From: Octopus sinensis
Lineage: Eukaryota
Direction of reading: 5' to 3'
Length of the DNA stretch: 64,000 nucleotides
Assembly: GCF_006345805.1 (NCBI RefSeq)
Contig: NC_042998.1
Span: 137,082,001-137,146,000 of the forward strand
Part shown: positions 1 through 13,746 of the stretch, one piece after another
How the letters are laid out: every line of letters begins with the position of its first letter
How positions within the stretch are numbered: the first letter of the stretch is position 1
Program-made: the position numbers and the translations under genes
Notes under the pieces: model-generated
The model's input: the letters and a program-made list of their open reading frames with translations, nothing else
Told to the model about the DNA's origin: nothing
Databases searched by the model: none

Positions 1-290
1 ACACATCCAATATTGTAGGAAGCATTGTCCGAAAAAAATAATTACGTGCCCTGAAGAAGACAGACTCTCATATGGCACCCAGCATGGTCTTTATAGTATA
101 AGAAGTTGCCTGATATAACAATTACAGCACTATAACACTTTCCTCAATATTCTCTTGAGAGGAATAGACACCCACTGCATATACCATAATTCTGTTAAAA
201 TGTTTCACAAGATCGATCATGAAATCATATGTCTTAGGATATGTTTCCGGGTTCATTCGCACACTATTCTGTTACACTATTTTATTAATA
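1..290 (+). mobile_element. Degraded CR1/L2-type LINE RT fragment (paralogue of 4665-4890)
   Basis: Residual QHG, CLIQL and 'IYHNSVKMFHKIDH' (DxIYxDFAKAFDKVDH-like) motifs; nucleotide match to 4665-4890. Confidence 0.7.
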
Positions 291-853
291 GGCATACGCA
301 AGCCCTCAGTCCTACATCAATTGTGTGACAGATGGAGGATGAGACGGCTGCACCAGCACCCAACAGATACTCGTTAGAGCAAAGGGAAATGAAGTACTGT
401 CATTAAGGACACAACTTTCGGTCCTCTTTAGAAATGTAACTTGCCACCTTATGATCATGAGCCAATCAACACAAATACCAGGACACATGCTAATAATTTC
501 AGGTGCTCTGCTATGTTCTAACTATCACTTTTTAATAATGAGAAAATATTGATCATAAACTTGTTTCACTGGCCATCATTTAATATTGAGAGATACAACG
601 AAGGATATCAAAAGAATCCAATACACGCTTACAGTAATGAATTGTTAAGTAGTAGTACCTTTTATAAAGTAAATAATATAATCAATTACATTTAGTCGTA
701 ATACACTTTATCTGTGATCAACAGATGTATCAACAATATTTGCAATGTAAGTTATGTTGACATTGATTTTTGAGTGCATAGAGTACTGTAGCCAAACACG
801 CACACGACTTGAGTATGTTGCAGAACAATGACAGAATCAGTGAGATAAAATGA

Positions 854-891
854 TATAGAAGTGAGATGGAACAGATAACAATAAGTCATTT
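854..891 (+). promoter_or_regulatory. Core promoter of copy 1: degenerate TATA (TATAGAA) + Inr-like TCATTT
   Basis: Same 34-nt spacing (first T of TATA to the A of TCATTT) as copies 3 and 4; the TATA carries an A>G change. Confidence 0.5.
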
Positions 892-910
892 CACCATCGA
901 GATTTTCAGC

Positions 911-1192
911 ATGGTCAAAATTATCTGTTTGATTTATGCAGTCCTCCTGGTCGGACTACTGCAGAGTCGTTTTGCAAGAAGTGAAATTTTGAATGGAGAT
1001 GCTGAAGGTGCTGGTGATGCTTTGTCTCTAGAAAAACGAAGTGAAATTTTGTATGAAGATAATTTGTCTAGCGCTTAAGTTGCTGGAGGTGCTGGTGATG
1101 CTTTATCTCAAGACAAACGTTCTCGAGGACGATCTCATAAGAAAAAGAAATCTTGCGGTAAACATCAAGGACGAAAGAAGCATGGAAAATAA
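911..1192 (+). pseudogene. Prepro-peptide gene copy 1 (signal peptide + 2 acidic spacers + cationic peptide SRGRSHKKKKSCGKHQGRKKH-GK), interrupted by one in-frame stop
   Basis: ATG at 911 (cagcATGG). Colinear with copies 3 and 4. TAA at 1076-1078 aligns with GAA (Glu) in copy 3; the frame continues to GGA AAA TAA at 1184-1192. KR sites at 1034-1039 and 1115-1120. Confidence 0.85.
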
Positions 1193-1984
1193 TGATTGAG
1201 GCAAAACGGATCCATCAGCCTTCTGAAATATAATTTAGTTTTCTGAAAATCTTTAAAAGGTAACGTATCCACTGAAACGTATTATGGCATCCTGTTTTAA
1301 TTTACAGAGTAGATTCAAAACTTATATAAATAAGTACGCAGAGATTTTTGTATTCCTTTCTTAATCATTTTGTATTCGCATTTTACCTAATTTCAGGCCA
1401 CTGTAGAATGTTTTCTTCGATTTCTAAAATAAATATAACACGCAAAAGTTTCAGAAAGCATAAATAAACCAAGAATCTTTTGTAATAAAACTGTAATGCA
1501 TCTTTAAATTTGGCTGATTATATTATATAAATCTCTTTCGATAGCCCCCAAGAAACTTTTTTTGCTGTGAATAAATATTCTTCCAAGTAATTAGAATCTC
1601 CTCTTAGGAAACGTGGGCTTTAAACAGCATCATTAATGTTTTGTGATACACATTGTGTTAGAAACATATATGAAGCTAACTTTCTTTCTACACCTCGATC
1701 CCTGGATCTTACAAATATATTTGTAAATCATAGATATATTTGTTAAGGGCTTAACTATCATCTGATGAGTACTTATCCAATTTATATCTCTTTATATTTT
1801 AATGTGAAATCTACATATGTACATATATAGTGGGAGAACTCGGAGAATTTTTATCGAAAGACCGATAAATACTTAATTAAAAATGTAGATATAAAAACAG
1901 TATACCTTTAATGTTAAGCCGTCTATAAATAGTAGCTATTAATAAAGAGCACTCTCCAAATTTTCCCGCGAATATTCTGCGTAT

Positions 1985-2058
1985 ATATGTGTGTGTTTGT
2001 GTGTGTGTGTGTAGTGAGAGAGAGAGAGAGGGGTAGTCAGGCAGGCAGACAGAAAGGC

Positions 2059-2137
<79 letters not shown>

Positions 2138-2235
2138 CAGAGATATCTTCTGTATATATAATACATGTATATATATATATTAATATATATATATATATAT
2201 GTATGTATGTATTATGTATGCATGCGTGCATATAG

Positions 2236-2282
<47 letters not shown>

Positions 2283-2286
2283 TATA

Positions 2287-2320
<34 letters not shown>

Positions 2321-2440
2321 CATGCGTGCATATATATATATAATATATATATATTATATACATATTGATATATCTGTGTGTGTGTGTGCAGGAGTATGCC
2401 GCGTGCCTACCTATATATATATACATACATATAAGAGTGA
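1985..2440. repeat. Compound microsatellite (GT)n/(GA)n/(AGAT)n/(TA)n/(TATG)n
   Basis: Direct reading; source of the spurious IYIY/YLSI ORFs. Confidence 0.95.
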
Positions 2441-3289
2441 TGACCACTAAGTGGACATTCATTATGCTAAAAGTCGACCCCCTATGGTCTTACCACTAAG
2501 AAAGGAATGTTGTTAAGAAAATTTAACAAAGGCCAGAACGTAAGCGAGCAAGACAAATGAAAAGATACAAAATATACAGATTAGTCACAAACCTGGTTCT
2601 GTTGTTACCACTTACGTAATTACTTGCGTAGATGTCCGTAACTCGTCAGTGTGATCTTCATAGCAAAATATAATTTGCAGAACTATACACGAGACGTCCG
2701 CATGAGATTGAACATATATATAGTTTTATCAATTACATTTGGGGTGATATTTCAAGTCTTCGTTATTAATCAAATTAATAGTTAGGCGTAAGTACTTTTT
2801 CACTGATCTTTTGCTTTATGTTAACGCCTCCCGGGTAGCTAATTTTCACAATTGTACACAGTTTCTCTTCTCAATCCCAAATTACTATGTCAGGTCTGTT
2901 ATGTTTATATTTTATTAAGGACATAAGGACATTCCACCAGTACTCTTTTTTTCATTATACACCATACAGTCGGTTCTTATTTCATTGGCCTCGGGGTTAA
3001 CCTTCAAACGGATTTCATTATACAGTATCCGAGCTACAGCATCATGTCTCATTGGTAGATAATACAGTGATGATATTTTCGTACAACTGGTATCTTCAGT
3101 TTGCTCTCATTAACCAACAAACTAAAATCAATAAAAATGTAGAATGTACAGCGTATCTCACACTTCATAAATCGAACAAAAGTATCACATCTCAGAGACA
3201 ATACATACAGAGAAATGTCAATATGTATAGCACTAACTGAAAGACACTTGACCCCAAACATACTGGATGGTCAGATTATCTGCCAAACA

Positions 3290-5400
3290 GAACTGAACGC
3301 AGAATACGGAAACAAGTGAGGATAGAGCCCCTTATCTCTCCTACTCCAACACAGTGTGCGATACACCAATACATATAATCGACTTCAATTTGATCATAAG
3401 CATTACCCGCATCAAGAGGGCGGGAGGTCAATGCCTATGATCAAACTGAGGTGGGTCACATGTATTTTTAGTGTATCGCACATTGTGTTGGAGTGTGAGA
3501 GGAGGGCATTTGTTAATAGGAGTTGATATTTGTTACACAGAGATCGCTTATGAGATGATTTGTCATTCAAAAGTCAAACCCCACGTGATTCCCACCCACC
3601 AGCAAGTGTACTTTTAGCGGAAGATTTTGGTTTTCCTAGTATCAGCTGACCTGAGTGTTATATCCAACCTGGAACAACAACAAAAAAAACTACACAAGAG
3701 ATATGAACGCTCTCCTTGACACCGCTAAAGATTTCATCCTGCAACAAGTTATTACTTCTTTTACTCGGAGAAATCAAATACGTTGTACAGTATTTAACTC
3801 CAATACATACTTCATTCACTATATTCAGGTCATTCCAACAGCTATTTCTGATCGCAATATAATAAAATGATTTGTGTATGGTTTAAAGAGGGCTCGTATA
3901 AACTCGAGTATTCTTGCAAGAACTTGAGACAACGAGATAGACGGACAATAATGCGTAACACAACTAAACTTGCAAGACAACTAAAATAAAACGCTCTCTC
4001 AATAGATGACATTGCCAAAAGAAAAACAGAAAACATTGAAGTAGACCAAAAAATATTTTATAAAGAAACTTTGCTGGTGGAACACCGAGCAGTGGAGAAA
4101 ATAAAGGCTAATCATAAGTTGTTTTTCCAATTTGCTATACAAAATTTATCTACACATAACCAGACTGTTCCTCTAATGGACCGACACGTATCATATACTA
4201 ATGATTGAGCACAAATTGTATACAATTGAGTTAACAGAATAACAGTGCATTTTCCCAACATATAGTTAGCAAAATAATGCATAATCCAAACTAATTTTTG
4301 ATTCCCATAATTACACTGCAGAAACACCTCTAGAAATTTATGATATTATGGAAGATGATATAATTGCAGACACTGCAGAAACACCTCTAGAAATTTATGA
4401 CTATTATGGGAGATGATGGTTATCATATTATAATTGCAATCCTAAATAACGACATTTGGTCAGCACCAAATGACCACCTACATCTATTGTTAAAATCGAG
4501 CAAAACAGCATCGTCAACCTATTAAAAAGGCTATCTAAAAAGTCACTAGAAATTGGCATATTCCCAGAATTACAAGACAATAGTAACACTTACATACAAA
4601 GGAGGTAGCAGTGCTGGAACTAGAAATTACAGACCTGCTTTTCTCAACGTTCACGCATCTAAAATTGTAGGGAGCGTTCTCCGAAAAATATAATTACGTA
4701 CCGTGAAAAAAACAACCTCCATAGATGACATTCAGCATGGTCATTAGAGTAGAGGAAATTGCCTGATACAACTAAATCGCTTGAGAGGAATGGACACTGA
4801 CTGCATATACCATAATTTTGCTAAAACGGTTCACAAGATTGAGCATGGAATCATCTGTCATAGGATAACGTACTTTGGCATCAAAGGGGAACTCGGAGAA
4901 TGCTTTTTTCACTTTTAACGGGGTAGGAATAATGAGTGGTATACATGAGTGCACCGTTTTAGGACCATTCTTATTTATCATCACTCTATCATAACCTTTC
5001 ATGTGCAGTCGGCCCATCTAATGAATTACACCGATGACACAAAAATAACGATGGCTGTATCAAACCCCAGATGTCGTCACACTCCAAAATGAGTTACAGC
5101 AGTTTCATCAATGGGCAGACAAAACAATATGAAATTTACTACATCAAAATTTCAGGTTGTGCATTACGGAGGGAATATGCGCTAATCACATTATTTGACA
5201 TTAGATAACAATGATTAAAGCGTTAATTACATACGAGACTTTAGAGTTATCAAATGATGCATCTTTCATCAGTCACATCACCTAACAGACCTCTAAATTC
5301 AGATATCTCATAGGTATCTCAAAAGTATCTGAAAGGTATCTAACTCACCCTAGAGAAATATAAAATGCATCACCGAAATAGCAGAAAAAATTTTCTTTTA
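3290..5400 (+). mobile_element. Degraded CR1/L2/Jockey-group LINE ORF2 (endonuclease + RT) remnant
   Basis: EDFGFPSIS (GDFNxP-like), LQQVITSFTRRNQI, RNYRP, QHG, DCIYHNFAK, LGPFLF and YTDDTK at 5027-5044 (YADD-like); many stops and frameshifts. Confidence 0.8.
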
Positions 5401-8400
5401 ACAAATCTTTATTATTAAGATGAAATATTAACTATCCATATAATTATACTTTCTTCATTATAGTTTTTGACGATCATTAAATGTTTCGAATCGTCTCTCA
5501 AATCCAACACAAAGTGCAATATAAGCCTTGAGCTGGAAACAGCAATTTAATATGAATTTCCAAAATTCAAGATTCATTATTTCTCACACAGATTCTTATA
5601 GACACCATGGCAACGAGGAGGATCGCGAAGAGGAAAATCGAGATGAAGGTGATCGGGTCTTTCTTGCCTGAAGCTGGTTTATTCATATTTGCTTTACTGA
5701 TTTCTGGCAGGCGTCATTAATTTATCTATTGCTGATTTATAGGCAATTTTTTTTCTTTCGTCTCACGTACACAATTAAATTTTTACATAAAATATGTTCG
5801 TCTATTTATTAAAGTTTCTTTGTTAATGTAGTTTCAACATTTTGAAAAAAATATAGTTTCTTTTTATCTTATCCTTTTCGAGTTTTGTTTCAGTAACACT
5901 TATTTATTAGCTCTATAAAACGTTTACTGTGAAAACAATGGACTACGATGGAAAATGCGTGTGCAAGCGTGGCAATAGCTTTAATAAATTGTGCCTAGGA
6001 AACTATAGGAGAAGCGGATGCCTAAAAATATTACAACTGAAGATGGAAATGAAACATTTTTTTACATTTATACAAGTGTATCCATTATTTAGATTACAAC
6101 TAACCTTATAAAGAAACCGCTATGTAATAGTTTCTATGCATATGCGGATGAGTGGCTGTATGGGAATAAGCTCGCTTCCTAATCACACTGTTCTGGGTTC
6201 AGTCCCACTGCGTGACGTGTTGGGTACATTATTCTATAGCCGCGTGCCGACCAAACCCTTGTGAGTGGATTATGTAGACGGAAACTAAAAGAAACCTGTC
6301 GTATAAATATATGTTTTTGTTTGTGTGTGTGTATTTGTGTGTGTTTGTGCGCGTGTGTGTGTGAGAGAGAGAGAACACCGCTTGAAAACTTGTGTTGATG
6401 TGTTAACGTAGCTTAGTGGTTTTACAAAAGGGACTGATTGAATAAGTAACAAGCTTTAAAAAATAATATATATAGTACTGGTTTCAATTAATTCGATAAA
6501 ACACTTCAAGGTGATGCCCCAGCATGGCCGCAGTGTAGTAATTGAAGCTAGCGAAATAATAGAACATAATGAGTATCATATATAATAAGAAACATTTCGG
6601 GTAATGGAGTGGGATTGAAGCATTCGTACACAATTTACACGTGCTCAACTCTCTGCTTTTCATGTTTGGTCAGTATTTACTGAGCTGACATTTAGATACT
6701 TAGAGATAGGAAAGAGTTACTGGGATGCACTTTAGCTTGCCTCGTAACAGTCAAGCACGCAGGCTTATCCTTTCATCGCCGAAATAATTGGTGAGAAAGT
6801 GGTGCAGTGTTTTTTGTCAGGTCTGCCTAACTCTGCTAAAAATAAAAAGATGATCGGCAAATTCAATATTACGGTTCTTAATACCCAGAAATTTCCGCGC
6901 TACCGTTCATACCTGCTCAAAAGCTTAACCAGCATACGTCACTTCTCCAAAATGCACCTAATTTGATTTATCTTCCTCAGCCTAAATATTAATCAATGGG
7001 TATGAACTGCGTAAGACATGGCTGTGAGAGAAAATAGTGCTTTAAATTTAACATTACCACCATGCTTCCCAACAACAGCATGTTGCTCAACATATTATTG
7101 TAATGGATAATTAATTTGCTTATCAGTTTTGTTTCTGACTTTATATAATTAACCTTTTTGGCCGCATCGCGACTGATCATTTATATTGTGTCATTTAACA
7201 AGCATCAAACCGTTTCCACGTTTTGTTGTTGTATATCAAACAAAGTGAGAAACGTTGAATTATCACTCAGATTTTGAGAGTAGTTCGAAAGTATGATAAA
7301 TGCACGTTGCGTTGTGATGGAAAATTTCTCATCAGGAGACACTTCTAGTTTTTCCGTAATAAATGAATATTCCCAACATGGACACAATACTACACATTTG
7401 ATTGTTCCCTGATCCGAATTGGAGATTTGTTTATCATATAACCGAAAACTCCCTAGTTGAACTTGGTTTAAAGTATATCAATATTGCTGCATTTTAAACG
7501 TGATAATAGCATATAGATGCATTTTCTACAAGACGAAGCCAATAATCAATCTATAGATATCACTCATGTCGTACATTCTCCTCTATAAACTTTAGTTCAA
7601 ATCATATCGACCTCATAGATGTTAATTGAAAACTCTAAATTTAATCGAAATTTAATATTTAGCAAGGATTTCGGTGGCATTCATTCATTGCTTGCTGAGA
7701 AATTAGTATAACAACTTCCCAATTTACGTGCGAAATAATGAAAATATTTCTTTAGATATTCAGAGATAAAAGTTAAGGAGGTCCATCTATGAATCAAGCA
7801 ACGTTTAGAATTATTTGAATATATACAATCATTTCAACTACACTGTGGTTGAAGCAAACAATAAACATTGGCAATTAAAAGACAATTATACGCTTTTCTT
7901 TTATCCTTTCTTGAAAATTTCAAACAACACAGATACACATCAACATTAATTGCAGAACAATATGCAGGAGATATGCAACGGTTTTGTAACAAAGGACCGA
8001 AATCTCACATATTACACACGTTTCCATTGTTCCTGAACTCTGCACTTAAAAAGCTTTTATTTAACAGTTCAAATTAACCACGGACTTAATTTACACAGAG
8101 GTGGATCATTAATACATGTAGGCATCGACCATACCTGTAAAATTCAGACTTGTTTTTGTGATTTCCAGACAGTTTACTTCTGTCATATTTATAGCAGCTA
8201 CACGGAGGTTTAGATTACATACACGCGCGCGCACTCACTATCCACTTTGCTTTTTATCCTTTCGGGGTTGATAAAATAAGTACCAGTCGTCCACCTGGGG
8301 CAATATAAGTAAATTTCCTCCAGTCCCAAAATTTCAAGTCTTGTGCCTATAATCGAAAGAATTATAATTATTAGGGGAGCGGACTGTCCGTCGTATGTAA

Positions 8401-8781
8401 ATTCCAATATGAGTTCGTATTTTGTCATTACAAATGGAAAGTTTGGAGACGTAGATCCCATGTGCTGTTCATTCAAAGGTGTCTTGTGGTGTGAATGAAA
8501 ATTTGAGAATGTAGAAGTAATATTAAGTGGATAGAGAAGGCAGAAGAGATGTATATGTTAAAATGAAGAGAGAGGTCAAAGGAAAAGGTGAGAAAAGAAG
8601 GAAAGAAAGAGAAAGAGAAAATGAAAACAAGAAGAGAAAATGAAAAAATGAAATTGAAAAAAGTTATTTTACTTTTTTTTTGTTGATGATGGAACTGCAA
8701 TTATAATATCTTTATACATTTTTATTTTTATTTCTACATTCAACCTCCTATTTCCCTCTATTTAACCATCTCACATCGTCT

Positions 8782-8826
8782 CTGATGAAGGGATATCCCT
8801 AATATCCCAGAAACAGCTTTGTTGTC
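8782..8826 (+). ncRNA. Hammerhead-like remnant
   Basis: CUGAUGA-A-GGGAUA/UAUCCC-A-GAAAC; the stem I partner is missing. Confidence 0.35.
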
Positions 8827-8836
8827 TCCTTTTATT

Positions 8837-8941
<105 letters not shown>

Positions 8942-9093
8942 TAAATTAGAGACAAAACCACTATTAGGCAAATCAAACAATGAAAAACTTAAGCCAATAC
9001 ATATGATTAATTTATATTATTTAAATATATAACAAAATTATTAAAAATATATAATTAATATAAAACCCTGTAAGTTTGGATTTATTCCCTAAT

Positions 9094-9125
<32 letters not shown>

Positions 9126-10477
9126 TATATACATGCATACGAAGGGCTTCTTTCAGTTTCCGTCTACCAAATCCACTCACAAGGCATTGGTTGGCCCGAG
9201 GCTGCATTAGAAGAAACTTGCTCAGGGTGCTACGCAGTGGAACTGAACCCGAAACCACGTGGTTGAGAAGCCAGCTACTTACCCCACAGTCATTCCTGTG
9301 CCTATAAATATACCTGCCTATCAATATTTCATATTTTTCTGACTCACACATCCACCCTTATTGCATCCTATTCTATGTCACACTAAATCAATTATCACAT
9401 TTCTTCTACCTCACCCTGGCTTTTATTCATCTGACTAAGCGAGACTCGTGCCACTTTCGTGCATGCAATCACATACGGCTCGTATCTCCTACTCTCACTA
9501 AATCTTGTCCAACCTCTGTCGCAGTGCTAATCACTACGCTAAACCCGTCATCCACACACAGCTCTTCCCTTCTGACACATGTTTTTCCTACAACAATGTC
9601 ACTCATATATGGCGAGTTTGTAACACTGAAAGTCAAGTGCAGTGACACAGAAATCTGAGAACAGCTTGCTAAGAATATGTCGTCATGTCCACACTCGGCA
9701 GAAAATATTCTAAAACTTCACAAGAACATAGAGAATATTAGCAGTATAGCCCGGCTTTGCTCGAGATTAAGTTAGGATTATTAAGCTAATCAAGCTCTTT
9801 ATTTCAAAGCAAACTAAATAACGTCGACGTCAAATTTGAGTGAAATCCGTTGAAATTGGTAAACTTTTGGGTGAAATTTTGCAGAAAATTCCATTGGGAA
9901 ATCCCATAAGGAATCGCTTAATCGACTTTTTTCCACTCATCGATTGTTTTTTTTTGTTTTTTTTTCGTTTTTGGAGAACTAAAAGCATTCAAAGATCCCA
10001 TGAGTCCTAAGTAACGCTCGCATCAAGTTTAAACAAAATACATCAAAATTGGTAGACGTTATGGTTGAAAATGCGGGGTAGCCAGTTTTAGTGGGAAGTC
10101 CTATAAGGAATCGGTTTATCGATTTTTTTAATTCTGATTAAATGGAAAACCCCGTAAGGAATCAGTTTATTGATTTTTCACCCCAAATAGGACTTAACCG
10201 AACATTGCTGATTCAAAAACATCTATATTTATACTTTAAAGTTGGTTTTCATACCCAACCCAGTTCTGCAGAATCAGTGTCGCGACGGGAGTGCATGGGT
10301 TGGGAGTTTGGTCGGCAGAGGTGATCAGGTTGCATATGCCAACCCTTTTGAAAACACCACGCCCATAATGTAACCCCACTTTGCCCATGGATTGGGAACC
10401 CTTCCAGCAAGGAAAATAGAACGTCCAAAAGGGCCCCCGATCCTCTGTGCGAGAAGCGGTTATGTTCAGATCACAAC

Positions 10478-10542
<65 letters not shown>

Positions 10543-10959
10543 GCAACACTCACACACACAAACATATATGTATATACACCTATTGCATACATGTTTTTGC
10601 ACGCCTTTGCCCCTGCCCCTATCCCACCACCACCTCCTACTCGAGTAATACCATCAATGGAAGCAAATTTGGCACCCGAACGTAAGTTTTGTAACAGGAA
10701 TAGAGAAACCTACCTTCTCCCGCAGAGATGTGAGAGTCAGATCGCTCCATTCGAAAACATGAACAGTTTCGAAACATTGTTTACAAAATAATAGGTGATC
10801 GGTTGCGAAGGAGCGTGTCTACAGTCAACACATAAGTCTTTTGCTCTGGTAACCTCTGCTATACCCCATGTTCACGCACGACCAGCTATATATCGCTATG
10901 AGTAGAGCAACGGATTCAGCTAATTTGGAAATTAGTTGTGGAGAAACGGAGAATATCGG

Positions 10960-11322
10960 TTATATTGTGTATATAAAATAAATATACATGAAGCTATTAT
11001 GCATTCTTAAATCTAGTTGAATAATTATGGAAGTCTCTTTCGAAAGCCTACTAGGAACATATGTTGCTGTGAGTAAATATTCTTCCAAGTGCTTAGAATA
11101 TCATATTTGAAAACCATAGGCTTCGAAACGGCATTTTTATTATTTTGTGTTCAACATTGAATTAGAATCAAAATATATTCGTGCATCAATATATTTGTTA
11201 AGTGCTTAGTTGTCATCCGATGAGTAGTTATCGAAACGAGGTAGCTATCAAGATAACGCCCTATACTTTCTCGGCGAGGTGTTGATATATATATAAACCT
11301 TCAATTTTCTACAGTGAAATCT

Positions 11323-11330
<8 letters not shown>
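10960..11330 (+). pseudogene. Orphan 3' UTR/flank of a further peptide-gene copy (coding part lost)
   Basis: Matches 1490-1815 and 27210-27350 (e.g. gcctactaggaac...gctgtgagtaaatattcttccaagtgc; atatttgttaag...atccgatgagta; gtgaaatctaca). Confidence 0.7.
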
Positions 11331-11380
<50 letters not shown>

Positions 11381-11425
11381 CATATACATACATGTATATA
11401 TTCATACATACATACTTATGTAAAC

Positions 11426-11502
<77 letters not shown>

Positions 11503-11775
11503 AAATAGAAAGATGAATAATCTTGTTGTAGATTAATCATTGAGTTTCGCCATGGGCTCTTAGGAGCATAGTTCGATTTGGTTTTTGCTCCGCCTCTGTT
11601 CTGTTTTTGTTTCTCTAACGGATTTCCTTTTTTCTTCCTGAAGAGAAAGACACAATATGGTCCCATTATTCAATCGGATTTTGGTAATTTGTGCCTTTCG
11701 AAACACGTGTAGAATGAAATAAAACGATTTCTGTTCAATCTGCGTTCAGCTCCATTTCCTCAATTCACCAATAAT

Positions 11776-11811
<36 letters not shown>

Positions 11812-12092
11812 CCAAGGAATATGATGTTCTTAGCTTATTTTTCCTTGGGGCTCGCCAGATTGGAGCAATCTCGAGTATAACCAGCAAAAATTGCAAAGAT
11901 AATCTGGAACTCGACTGAGGATAGAAAACTCCAAATGATCCGTCCTTGATCAATATGAATATGAATTACAAATTTTGGTATAAGGCCATCATGTTGGGGG
12001 AAAGGGCAAGTCGATTACTTTCAAATCCTTGTATCTGATACTGGGTAGCTATGAAGATAATGTCCTATATTTTCTATGCGAGAAGGCGAGTT

Positions 12093-12187
<95 letters not shown>

Positions 12188-12461
12188 CGAGAGAGAGAGA
12201 GAGAGAGATATCAATATTCTTTTATTCTTTAACTTGTTTCAGTCATTTGACTGCGGCCATACTGGAGCACGGCTTTTAGTCTAGAAAATTGACCCCAGGA
12301 TTTATTCTTTGTAAACCTAGCATTTATTCTGGCGGTCTCTTTTGCCGAACCGCTATGTTTACGAGGACGCATCGGTTGTCAAGCGATGCTGGGGCAACAA
12401 ACACAGACACGCTAACATATACACATACATACATACATACATACATACATACATACATACA

Positions 12462-12493
<32 letters not shown>

Positions 12494-12749
12494 GCAGGTA
12501 TAGACAAGTCTCGATCTTACATCAATTGTATAACAGATGGAGGATGAGACGGCTACACTAGCATCCAACAGGTACTCATTAGAGCAATGGGAAATGAAGT
12601 ACTCTCCTTCAGGACACAACTTTCTGTTTTGTCCAGGAATCGAGCTCATCACCTTATCATCCATGAGCCAATCAACAAAAGTACCAGGACACGTGAGAAT
12701 GATTTTCGGTGCTTTAATAGGTTTCTAACTATCACCTTGTAACTCGGGG

Positions 12750-12891
12750 AAAATGTTCCGTTCTACTATAGGTACAAGGCCCGGAATTTGGGGGAAGCAG
12801 ACCAGTCGATTAGATCGACTCCAGAATGCAACTGGTACTTAATTTATCAACTCCGAAAGGATGAAAGGCGAAGACGACCTCGGTGGAATTT
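12750..12891 (-). mobile_element. Same SINE insertion upstream of copy 2, truncated by deletion
   Basis: SINE tail at the same site; ends at ggtggaattt where the coding sequence resumes. Confidence 0.8.
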
Positions 12892-13072
12892 GTATGAAGA
12901 TTATTTGTCTGGAATTGGACGTACTGGAGGCGCTGGTGGTGACTTATCTCTAGGAAAACGTTCTGTATCACGAAGGTGCCGTTGCTCTCCAGAGAGGGCT
13001 GCAAAACGACCAATTCCAGGACCACCTACACAGTGCACATGCATTCGAGTGATTTCTCGACCAGGAACATGA
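12890..13072 (+). pseudogene. 5'-deleted prepro-peptide copy 2 (second spacer + SVSRRCRCSPERAAKRPIPGPPTQCTCIRVISRPGT)
   Basis: LYEDYLSGIGRTGGAGGDLSLGKR matches spacer 2 of the paralogues and the 3' UTR (13073-13330) is homologous. Promoter, signal peptide and spacer 1 are absent; the sequence is joined directly to a SINE. Confidence 0.85.
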
Positions 13073-13507
13073 CGCTTCAGGAAAAAACGTTGTTCACGAC
13101 ATATAAATTAACCTTCTGAAAGTCTTTAAAAGGTATCGTACACAATGAAACGTATTATGGCTTTATGTTTTAATATACAGATAAGATGCAAAGCTGATAT
13201 AGACAAGTACACAGAGATTTTTGAATTTTCTTTCCAATAATTTTGTATTCTTATATTATATATTGTCAGGCCACTATAGAATATTTTTCTTCGAGATATA
13301 AAATGAATATACCATACAAAAATTACATAAAAGAACCTTTCCTGCTTCAGAATGAAGAAATACACAGAATACTTATTTTATAACAAAGTATTTGTAACGA
13401 AAATAAGGATTACTTCCTTTGCAGAGTAAATAATGCTGTATATGAAGTGAATAAATTCATAAGAATTGTTGCTGAAAGATGTTCGGCAATGATCGACCTC
13501 AAAGTCC

Positions 13508-13509
<2 letters not shown>

Positions 13510-13560
<51 letters not shown>

Positions 13561-13605
13561 ATGTGTGTGTATGTGTGTGTGTACATATATATGTATGTAT
13601 GTATG

Positions 13606-13663
<58 letters not shown>

Positions 13664-13664
13664 C

Positions 13665-13745
<81 letters not shown>
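13510..13745. repeat. (GT)n-(TATG)n-(AGAT)n microsatellite
   Basis: Direct reading. Confidence 0.95.

Positions 13746-13746
<1 letters not shown>

Noticed and set aside
866-910. 15-aa N-terminal extension (MEQITISHFTIEIFS; also 18781 and 26532) in the ORF track
   Set aside because: Its ATG lies between the TATA box and the Inr-like motif, so it is likely not transcribed; the downstream ATG has the better Kozak context and starts a canonical signal peptide.
1260-1307. GT...TTTACAG micro-intron-like motif in the 3' UTRs of all copies
   Set aside because: Only ~36-48 nt long and variable among copies; too short to support splicing without RNA evidence.
12788-12889. Chimeric 94-aa ORF starting inside the SINE
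   Set aside because: Non-ATG start, the N-terminus is antisense SINE sequence and there is no signal peptide; it is a by-product of the deletion.
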